A stretch of 64,000 nucleotides of DNA from Paracoccaceae bacterium (GTDB lineage Bacteria > Pseudomonadota > Alphaproteobacteria > Rhodobacterales > Rhodobacteraceae), in the NCBI GenBank assembly GCA_965221935.1, contig CBDCSZ010000063.1, positions 57,764 through 121,763 of the forward strand, in the 5' to 3' direction. Below the pieces are notes generated by a model. The model was not told where the DNA came from. It saw nothing but the letters and a program-made list of their open reading frames with translations, and searched no databases. Below, piece by piece: positions 56,583 to 64,000 of the stretch. How positions within the stretch are numbered: the first letter of the stretch is position 1; the number at the start of each line of letters is the position of its first letter. The translations under genes and the position numbers were made by a program.

Positions 56583-57674
56583 CTATCGCAATTCGCCGTG
56601 AGCCAGTCCCCGTGGCAACGGCGCCGGCCGGTCGGGACGGCTCATCACGTCGATATGTCGACCCTCGGCTGCGGAACGGCCAAACGCCTCCATGATCTCC
56701 AGGATGTGGTGGGCCAGGCGCCCGTCGCAGCGATGATCGCGGCCAGTGCGAATGCCGACCGACATGTCGGCGAGGCCAATGCTGCGCAATTCGTCCGTAT
56801 AGCCGTGGGTCAGCTCCTGATCTTCCCACCCGCGGTCGCCGGACAGGCGCACGATGCCGCCGAAACCGTTCGGATCCGGGACCGACAGGCTGGCATCCAC
56901 GCCGTGTATCTCGATGAAGTGGTTGCTATGCAGACACACGTCGAAACTCATGACCGCAGTCGCGACCACTCCGGAGACGAACTCCAGCGTCCCCGCGGCA
57001 TGTGTATCGACCTCCACATCGATCAATTCGCCGCGGCGGGGTCCGGAACCGACGGTTCGTGTGGCACGGCCGCGGCTGGTGATGGCAGCCACGCGTCGCA
57101 CCGGCCCGAGCGCGTGAACCAGGGCGGTCAGATAGTACGGCCCCATGTCGAAGAGCGGTCCACCGCCGGGCTGGTAGTAAAACGCTGGGTTGGGGTGCCA
57201 GGCTTCGTGGCCCAGCGCCATCATGAATGCCGTGGCGGCGACCGGTGTGCCGACGGCGCCGGCGTCGATCAGGCCGCGAACCGTCTGATGGCCGCCGCCC
57301 AGGAACGTGTCCGGCGCACAGCCCACCCGCAGGCCGGCGGCGGCCGCGGCTTCGAGCACGCGTTCGCCTTCCGCCACGCTGAGGGCCAGCGGTTTCTCGC
57401 AATAGGCGTGTTTGCCGGCGTCGATGGCAGCGAGGTTCACCGCAGTGTGAGCGGCAGGAATCGTGAGGTTCAGGATGACTTCCACTTCGTCGCGGCCGAG
57501 CAGCTCGTCCACCGACATGGCCGGCACACCGAATCTCTCTTCCGTGCGATGGGCTGCCGACGAGTCGATGTCCGCGCAGCCGACAAAACGCAAGACATCG
57601 AACGTGGCGGCGGCGCGGAGATAATCCTCGCTGATAATGCCGCAGCCGATTAAGCCGATCCTTACGGGGTCCAT
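56583..57674 (-). CDS. Gfo/Idh/MocA-family oxidoreductase
   Basis: ORF 56583..57713. I chose ATG 57674 after GGGAGAAG. The N-terminal motif is IGLIGCGIIS and the string YCEKPLA is present. Confidence 0.8.
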   Translation of the reverse strand: MDPVRIGLIGCGIISEDYLRAAATFDVLRFVGCADIDSSAAHRTEERFGVPAMSVDELLGRDEVEVILNLTIPAAHTAVNLAAIDAGKHAYCEKPLALSVAEGERVLEAAAAAGLRVGCAPDTFLGGGHQTVRGLIDAGAVGTPVAATAFMMALGHEAWHPNPAFYYQPGGGPLFDMGPYYLTALVHALGPVRRVAAITSRGRATRTVGSGPRRGELIDVEVDTHAAGTLEFVSGVVATAVMSFDVCLHSNHFIEIHGVDASLSVPDPNGFGGIVRLSGDRGWEDQELTHGYTDELRSIGLADMSVGIRTGRDHRCDGRLAHHILEIMEAFGRSAAEGRHIDVMSRPDRPAPLPRGLAHGELR

Positions 57675-57934
57675 GGTTTTCTTCTCCCTGGCGTGTGATG
57701 TCGACGAGAGCATTTGGCGGCGTTAAACTCAGGATGCATCAGAATCCAAGAAATCGGACGACACCTAAGCCCCAAACCACGAACTGCGAAATTCCTTCTT
57801 CGTCGCAAACCTTGCCCGGTGGGTGCTGTTCAGAGGAGTTTTCCATTGCGGTGATCTTCGTCCGCAAACTTTCGATTCTGAATTTTATGGGAAAATCGGC
57901 GTATCCTGTGCCGCAAAACCAAAGCGAACTCTGT

Positions 57935-58744
57935 TCAATCGGTCCGTTCCAGGTCGTAGCCCAACATCGTTCCGGTCTCCTCGCAAATTGACCAGACTTC
58001 GAGGGCTTTGCTGTCGCCTGTCACCCAACTTCGGCGACGCTTGCTATCAATTATCCCCCCGACCGCACTTATGGTTACTGGAATGTCAAGAAAACGGGCA
58101 ATTGCATCCGATACCGTCTGTGCATCGTCGCACAGATCCTCGAACCGGATTTCAATGTACCGATTCGGGCCCAGTTCCCTGCCAAACCGAATGACCCTTT
58201 GCACCTGATAAACCCAAGAGGCGGAATTGCGGATATAATCATCGTCGTCTTCTGGATCTCTGCGCCAACCCAGCCACGAGTAAGCCGCTCGAAGTGTCGC
58301 CGCACCGACGGGGTTGTTTGTTTGCGATGTCACATGAGGCGCCCTCAAACAGGTATCAACAGGATGTCGCACCAGATGGATGATCGTGGCGTTCGGAAAT
58401 GCATGCATGACTTCCGGCAGTATCAACATCGTCTCCGGGAGCTTCCATCCCCAGAGCTGACCTTTCTGCCATTGGCCCCCGGTGAGAATGCTCTCAGCGC
58501 ATCCTGACACTTCCTCGTGCCACGGCCCGCACAAAGGTGGGCCGTGCGTGAGCTTCCTAACGGCGGATTCATATAGCGCTCCGACCCATTCGATTGAATC
58601 TTCGGAACCATTCAAACGGTTTCCCAGAAACAACCCATGTTCCTGCAGCAGCATGGATAAAAGCCTGGTGCCGCTGCCTCCTCGCCCAGTCGCGACAACA
58701 GGTCGTGAAAGTACCTTTTCGGAAACCTTGGTTAATCCCATCAC
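57935..58744 (-). CDS. sulfotransferase-family protein, low-GC orphan
   Basis: 269 aa. A PAPS 5'-phosphosulfate-loop-like string is present (ATGRGGSGTRLLS), as is a 3'-phosphate-site-like string (IIHLVRHPVD). Two spot-counted 60-nt lines give about 50-52% GC. The gene is flanked by 260 bp and about 1.1 kb without convincing genes. Confidence 0.6.
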   Translation of the reverse strand: MMGLTKVSEKVLSRPVVATGRGGSGTRLLSMLLQEHGLFLGNRLNGSEDSIEWVGALYESAVRKLTHGPPLCGPWHEEVSGCAESILTGGQWQKGQLWGWKLPETMLILPEVMHAFPNATIIHLVRHPVDTCLRAPHVTSQTNNPVGAATLRAAYSWLGWRRDPEDDDDYIRNSASWVYQVQRVIRFGRELGPNRYIEIRFEDLCDDAQTVSDAIARFLDIPVTISAVGGIIDSKRRRSWVTGDSKALEVWSICEETGTMLGYDLERTD

Positions 58745-58799
58745 GACCCCTTCAGCTCATGGGTGCTTGCCAACCGAAAACCGGGCGGGTCCGCACAAC

Positions 58800-59130
58800 A
58801 CATCTCGCCGTTCAATGCAAGTCAAGCCGTACAACCTTTACGAGTTGCATCTGATCTCGAAAGTTGCCCACATCTTTCTCGCATGTGGACGTCCATACAC
58901 TGCCACTGGGAGTTCGGGCCGCCAAGCGCGTGTCCAAGTATTCTTCAGACATCGCAAGCTTTACGGCCAGATCCTGCAGCGAGGGACCTGTCGATCAGTC
59001 TTCCGAAAAACGGCGAACGTCCACCGGAGAGACTAATTCTGATTCCGAGGATCACGGCCGCCACGGAGATCAAACTCGCAACCGCGGGCAACAGGCGGGT
59101 CTCCGGCCAGGCCAAGTCTTCGCGCAACTG
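58800..59130 (-). pseudogene. possible AraC-type HTH regulator remnant (frameshifted)
   Basis: The minus-strand translation SLQDLAVKLAMSEEYLDTRLAARTPSGS... resembles the S.LA....MS..YL.R.F......S motif of AraC C-terminal domains. A stop codon lies just upstream in that frame, and a different frame (ORF 58945..59127) covers the preceding part. Confidence 0.25.
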
Positions 59131-59844
59131 ACCCGCCCCTTGTTATAGCGTTGGTCCATTGTATTTAAACGTTTCTCGAGGACAGCAATCTGCAGTGCGA
59201 GATTGTGGGCAGTTAGCGGCCCGCCCCGCCGGCAGCCCATGCACTCGACCGGCCAGGGTCAATGCGATAACGCATTGTAGCTGCTTTCCGGAGGCGTGAC
59301 AGTCCGGTGCTGCCGTATTTGGAACTGGAGCCATTTTCGCCGCAACCTCATGCCGCCGGGCAAGCGTCGGGCAGGACGGCGCGCTCACTTCCAACGCGAC
59401 GCACAGCGTGTTAACCTCGCCCCCGGAAGGGGTCACGCCGTTCAACTCTTTCGGCATTCCTGATCTCTTTTCACCCGGCAAGGGGTTGCCGATTAACGGC
59501 CCCTTGCCACCATATGTTGATGTCAGAACGCCTCTTTGGACCGAATCATCCCCAAGGGCAATTCCCAACAAGACTCATGGCATCTGCTCAGTTCGTTCAC
59601 ACGCCCCCGGATGCGTGTGCCGAATCCGAGAATGCGCGACGAATGGTGATATGGGGCATCAGACACGAAACTATGCAGGCCGCCGCCGCACGGCTGGCCT
59701 GCCGCGGCGGCCCGCGGACCGGAACCCACCTTGAGATGACTTCCAGAACCGCCGGAACTTCGGTAACATCTCCTGGCAAGACAATTCGGGCTGTCATCAA
59801 CATTGACGCGCTGCATTTCGCAACATTTCTAAGAGGAGGTCGAC

Positions 59845-61341
59845 ATGTCTTTGACAAGAGAAGAGTATCAGGATCGCGCATCTGCTATTTCACTGACCGC
59901 CGAAGCATGCATCGATGGAAAGCGCCGTGCGGCTTTGGACGGATCAACTTTCACAACGGTCAACCCGGCCACAGGTGAGACGCTCTGCGGGGTCTCACAC
60001 TGCAAAGAAGACGATGTGGACCTCGCGGTCCGTGCTGCGAGGCGCAGTTTCAACGACGGAGCATGGTCGCGGGCGGCGCCTGAGCACCGGAAAGAGGTGC
60101 TCCTGAAGCTGGCCGAGTTGGTGCGGGAAAACAGCACCGATCTTTCGGTGATGGAGAGCCTCGACAGCGGCAAGACCATTACCGATTGCGAGGATGAAAT
60201 CGGTGGTGAAGTGGCGAATTTCTTCCAGTGGTACGGTGAGCTTGCCGACAAGTCTTTCGGCAAGATCGCTCCCACAGGCGAAGATGCGCTGGCGCTGATC
60301 GTCAGGGAACCCGCCGGTGTCGTGGGGCTGGTTCTGCCCTGGAACTTTCCGCTCCTGATGGCCGCATGGAAACTTGCGCCTGCCCTGGCCGCCGGGTGTT
60401 CCTGCATCGTCAAACCCGCGGAACAGACCCCCTTGACCGCGCTGCGGCTGGCGGAGCTGGCGCAGGAAGCCGGGGTCCCCGACGGCGTTCTGAACGTGCT
60501 TCCCGGACTCGGAGAAACGACCGGGCAGGCCGTCGGCCGGCATCCTGACATCGACATCGTGTCTTTTACCGGTTCGACCGAAGTCGGCGGTTACTTTCTG
60601 CGCTATGCCGGAGAAAGCAATCTCAAGGTCATTGGACTCGAGATGGGCGGCAAGAGCCCGTTTATCGTTCTGGACGATGCCGACCTGGACGATGACCTGA
60701 TCGAACACGCCGCCACCTCGGCGTTCTGGAACGGTGGGCAAAACTGTTCGGCCAACATGCGTCAATTGGTCGATTCCAGGATCGCAGACACGTTTCTCGA
60801 GCGCGTCGTTGAGCGTGCCAAGGCATACAAGGTCGGCGACCCGCTCGATCCCAATACCGATATTGGCGCGATGGTATCCGGAGAACATATGGAACGGGTT
60901 ACCGGCTATATCGACATCGGGAAGTCGGAAGGCGCGCGCATGCTGACGGGCGGTGCACGGGAAGGACAGGGATATTTTGTCGAGCCGACGGTTTTTTCCG
61001 GTCTCAACCCGGACATGACGATTTCCCGCGAAGAGATTTTCGGTCCCGTGCTGGGTGTTCTGCCGGTCAAGGGTGTGGACGATGCGCTGCGTGTTGCGTC
61101 AGATTCCGATTACGGGCTGCACGCCACGGTGTTCACTCGCGACATCGACCGCGCGTTGCACATGGCGCACCGCCTTCCTTGCGGCACCGTTTCCGTGAAC
61201 GGTTTCTCGGAGGGGGATATTAAGACGCCGTTTGGCGGCTACAGGCAATCGGGTTCGCTGTCGCGGGACAACGGCACGGAAGCGATGCAGCAATATCTTC
61301 AGACCAAGACGATCTGGATTTCACGCGGATCGGCCGCATAA
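59845..61341 (+). CDS. aldehyde dehydrogenase family protein
   Basis: 498 aa. The start follows AGGAGG. Motifs seen: LEMGGKSPFIV and a catalytic Cys context (GGQNCSA). Confidence 0.9.
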   Translation: MSLTREEYQDRASAISLTAEACIDGKRRAALDGSTFTTVNPATGETLCGVSHCKEDDVDLAVRAARRSFNDGAWSRAAPEHRKEVLLKLAELVRENSTDLSVMESLDSGKTITDCEDEIGGEVANFFQWYGELADKSFGKIAPTGEDALALIVREPAGVVGLVLPWNFPLLMAAWKLAPALAAGCSCIVKPAEQTPLTALRLAELAQEAGVPDGVLNVLPGLGETTGQAVGRHPDIDIVSFTGSTEVGGYFLRYAGESNLKVIGLEMGGKSPFIVLDDADLDDDLIEHAATSAFWNGGQNCSANMRQLVDSRIADTFLERVVERAKAYKVGDPLDPNTDIGAMVSGEHMERVTGYIDIGKSEGARMLTGGAREGQGYFVEPTVFSGLNPDMTISREEIFGPVLGVLPVKGVDDALRVASDSDYGLHATVFTRDIDRALHMAHRLPCGTVSVNGFSEGDIKTPFGGYRQSGSLSRDNGTEAMQQYLQTKTIWISRGSAA

Positions 61342-61689
61342 GCGCCATCGAGACACGAAACACAAAGACCCTTCGCGTGAACGGTCGATGCATTGGACCT
61401 ATGGAGGCGTTCAGCCCCTGAGCAAACCCGGATTGCGATGATCGGCTGTGACCGGCCAGGCTCCGGCGTTTCAGCGCATTGCCTGTCTGCGACGGCTTGC
61501 CGATGCGCGTGAATCCATTTGCCAGGCGGGGGTGAAATGGCGTGACTCCCGCGCCGCGCCGCCCTCGGCTTCAATGGCAAGGCCTTCGAGCATCCGGCAG
61601 TCCGCCGGGGACTGAAACGTTTTGTCAAGGCCGTCACGTCGACGACCCGCTGTGTGCCGGTCAGCGCTTTCGCCGGATTTGTGCCGGCG

Positions 61690-62255
61690 TGGCACCGGTT
61701 TCCCGACTGGTCCGCGATCTTCCTGATTTTGCCGGCCTCAATCATGATCCTGGTTGAAATTTCCGAAATACCGATGCTGTTGGCCACTATAAAGATTGGC
61801 CGGGCCAGCGCTGACAAGGCCTTGATGCTTCGAACGATTGCCAATCGTGTTCTCAATCCACATGAATCGCCGGTGTTCCTGAGATTTCCGAAGGAAATCA
61901 CTGAAGCGGCCTGTTTTGGTTGGGGCAGTTCCGTTCCGGCTGTTTCTGCTGATCGCCTTTCCGTTTGCGCGCGCGCCCGTGATTGCAGCGGCAGTCCGTG
62001 ATTGCGGCGGCAGTCATTGTCTTTACCCTGAACCGGAACAGTTTCCTGTGGCCAATGCTGATCGTATTTGACGCAAGCATGGAGACCATTCCGCCCGGAA
62101 TTGCCCGTTCTGCAGCCGGTCGTCGGAACCCATATCCAAATGGAGGGATATTCCGTCGCCAGGCCGGCATTGACATTCTGTCCGTGCCCGGCTTCGTGCT
62201 ATTCTTTGTCCTGCAAATGAGTTTCAAACAGGGGATTTCCCATGACGGTATCAAG
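61690..62255 (+). pseudogene. remnants of carbohydrate (CUT1-type) ABC permease genes
   Basis: ORF 61983..62306 reads NRNSFLWPMLIVFDASMETIPPGIARSAAG...ILSVPGFVLFFVLQMSFKQGI, resembling the W..FLWPL.V.....TLP.GL ... LP.L..F...Q..F..G C-terminus of MalG/UgpE-like permeases. ORF 61654..62001 has a MalF-like N-terminal TM string (IFLILPASIMILVE). Most of both genes is missing. Confidence 0.45.
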
Positions 62256-63774
62256 CAACAGCGGGATCGCGGCTTCTGTTCTCGCCTTTGGGCGGATGCA
62301 GGCTGACGCGCGACACCGGGCAACCGCGCCAAGCCTCGATACAGTCTGGATCGACAATGCGGCGCGGCCGGCCCGGACCGGAAAGCGGATTGGCGTCGTC
62401 GATCCGGCAACCGAAGCTGTTGTCGCCCGCGTGTCGAGGGGCGGCCGTGCGGACGTTGAAGCGGCTGCCGCAGCGGCGCGCGCTGCGCTCCGCGGTCCGT
62501 GGTCGGCATTCTCGCCGCAAGGCAGAGGCGAACTGCTTTTGCGGCTTGCCGACAAGCTTGAGCGCAATGCCGAGACCTTCGCTCTGCTGGAAACCGTGGA
62601 TGTCGGCAAGCCGATCAGCGCCGCCCGCGGCGATGTCAGCGGCGCGGTGACAACGCTGCGGTACAATTCCGGGGCTGCCGACAAGATCGAAGGCATTACC
62701 GTGCCGCTTGGCCCCGATTTTCTCGATTACACCGAACTTGAGCCGCTCGGCGTCACGGCCCACATCACTCCCTGGAACTTTCCACTCGGAATGGCCATCC
62801 GTTCGGTGGCGCCGGCGCTCGCCGCAGGCTGCACCGTGGTCGTCAAACCGTCGGAACACTCGTCGCTGTCAACTGCCGCCCTTGCCGAAATGATGTCTGA
62901 GGCCGGATTTCCGCCGGGGGTGTTCAACGTCGTCTCCGGTTATGGACCGGAGGCTGGCGAAGCCCTTGTGACCAACCCGGAAATCGACGGCGTCACCTTT
63001 ACCGGTTCGGTCGCGACCGGACGGCGGATCGGCGAACTCGCGGGCAAGTTGATCAAACCGGCTGTGCTCGAGCTTGGCGGAAAGAATCCGCTGATCGTAT
63101 TCGAGGACGCCGATCTTGAGGCAGCAGTCGAAACCGCTCTGGAAGGTGCTTTCGACAATTCCGGTCAAGTCTGTTCTTCAGTTTCACGACTCGTGCTCCA
63201 CGAGAAGACAGCTGAGAGGTTTCTTGACCGGTTTGTTGCGGCCGCGGCTGAACTCACGATCGGCCCCGGCGGATCGGACCCCGATCTGGGGCCGCTTGTT
63301 TCGGCAGAGCATTTCGACAAGGTGCGGTCACATATCGACGAGGCGCGTGAAAGCGATGCCCGTTTCCTGCTGGATGGAGACCTGAACCAGAAGAACGGCC
63401 CGGGCTTTTTCGTTGCGCCGACGATTGTCGAGAACATCGATATGAATTCCCGCCTGGCACAGGAAGAGACATTTGGCCCGGTGGTCTCGGTTTTCCGGTT
63501 TTCATCCGACGACGACGCGGTCGAAATCGCCAACAGTCTGCCATATGGCCTCGTCGCCGGAATTCACACCCGTGACATCGGCCGCGCCACCCGCCTGGCC
63601 CGCCAGCTGGATGCCGGATCGGTTTGGATCAATGGCTGGTTCATCGGCGGTGTCCAAGCTCCGGCCGGCGGCGTCAAGCTCAGCGGAATCGGCCGAGAAC
63701 GGGGACTTGAAGGCGTACGCAATTATTTGCGCATCAAGAATATTGGAGTCCGGCTGCTCAATCCCGAGCTGTAG
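62242..63774 (+). CDS. aldehyde dehydrogenase family protein
   Basis: 510 aa. Motifs seen: LELGGKNPLIV and a catalytic Cys context (SGQVCSS). Confidence 0.9.
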   Translation: MTVSSNSGIAASVLAFGRMQADARHRATAPSLDTVWIDNAARPARTGKRIGVVDPATEAVVARVSRGGRADVEAAAAAARAALRGPWSAFSPQGRGELLLRLADKLERNAETFALLETVDVGKPISAARGDVSGAVTTLRYNSGAADKIEGITVPLGPDFLDYTELEPLGVTAHITPWNFPLGMAIRSVAPALAAGCTVVVKPSEHSSLSTAALAEMMSEAGFPPGVFNVVSGYGPEAGEALVTNPEIDGVTFTGSVATGRRIGELAGKLIKPAVLELGGKNPLIVFEDADLEAAVETALEGAFDNSGQVCSSVSRLVLHEKTAERFLDRFVAAAAELTIGPGGSDPDLGPLVSAEHFDKVRSHIDEARESDARFLLDGDLNQKNGPGFFVAPTIVENIDMNSRLAQEETFGPVVSVFRFSSDDDAVEIANSLPYGLVAGIHTRDIGRATRLARQLDAGSVWINGWFIGGVQAPAGGVKLSGIGRERGLEGVRNYLRIKNIGVRLLNPEL

Positions 63775-63818
63775 GCGGATTCGACGGAAGAACCCCAAAG
63801 CCCGAAAGGGTTGAAAAA

Positions 63819-64000
63819 ATCACTGGGCTGTCCGGTGTGACCCATCACGAGATTATCCCGCGTCTGGAGCGCGGTATGAACCGAATCACGGCACGGGCAC
63901 TTGTAAGTGGCGGCATAGTCGCCGTGTTCAACTAAGAGCGGTTTCCATTTCATCATGACGGCGGCCAGACGCAATTTGTCCGGTCACGGGATAGCGGAGT
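63819..64000 (+). pseudogene. BNR/sialidase-like paralog, 5' end, start codon lost and in-frame TAA (partial at window edge)
   Basis: The frame-0 translation ITGLSGVTHHEIIPRLERGMNRITARALVSGGIVAVFN*ERFPFHHDGGQTQFVRSRDSG parallels MTELKGVTHHDIFRHPEHCVNQIAARTIANGDIVAVFNEERFPFHHDSGQTLFVRSSDGG of 42116..43327. ATC (63819) replaces the ATG, and TAA (63933-63935) replaces a Glu codon. Confidence 0.6.

Overview
This is a 64-kb high-GC bacterial window. Spot counts of 60-nt lines give about 65-68% GC in the ABC transporter genes and about 50-53% in two low-GC patches. The gene families look alphaproteobacterial, but that is inference only. The region is an accessory, paralog-rich transport and catabolism region with heavy mobile-element scarring. 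From left to right it contains the following. (1) An orphan family-5 solute-binding protein (SBP), hflX with no hfq upstream, a PhyH-family oxygenase, and an FGGY kinase divergent from a ribose-type sugar ABC transporter. (2) A decayed DUF3427-type helicase gene convergent with a cytoplasmic Cys-type sulfatase-family enzyme. (3) A perfect 7 x 28-bp tandem repeat directly in front of a five-gene Dpp/Opp-type ABC importer operon. (4) A 5.1-kb tandem duplication of the 3' part of that operon. The second copy is decaying: it has a truncated SBP, a 456-bp microhomology deletion, and an inserted 3301-bp IS66-family element with 24/25 inverted repeats and an 8-bp target duplication. That IS is atypical. 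tnpA-tnpB converge on tnpC, and a Dam-like (D12-class) adenine methyltransferase gene is translationally coupled to tnpC. (5) A second decayed helicase copy, split by a 3.5-kb insert carrying enolase-superfamily and Gfo/Idh/MocA genes plus an IS1380 remnant. (6) A second sulfatase paralog, an rve-integrase remnant, another orphan SBP, and a decayed IS110-family transposase. (7) A PhyH gene with one in-frame TAG, a low-GC patch with a well-signalled 84-aa ORF, and a BNR/sialidase-like protein. (8) A ROK-regulated amino-sugar-like catabolic/ABC cluster, a ThuA/Gfo pair and a DHDPS-like/2-hydroxyacid dehydrogenase/enolase operon. (9) A low-GC orphan sulfotransferase, two aldehyde dehydrogenase genes separated by permease remnants, and a nonsense-mutated BNR paralog at the right edge. 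I recognised no rRNA, tRNA or CRISPR array. All family calls come from motifs read by eye in the supplied translations. All identity statements are by-eye estimates, not computed alignments.
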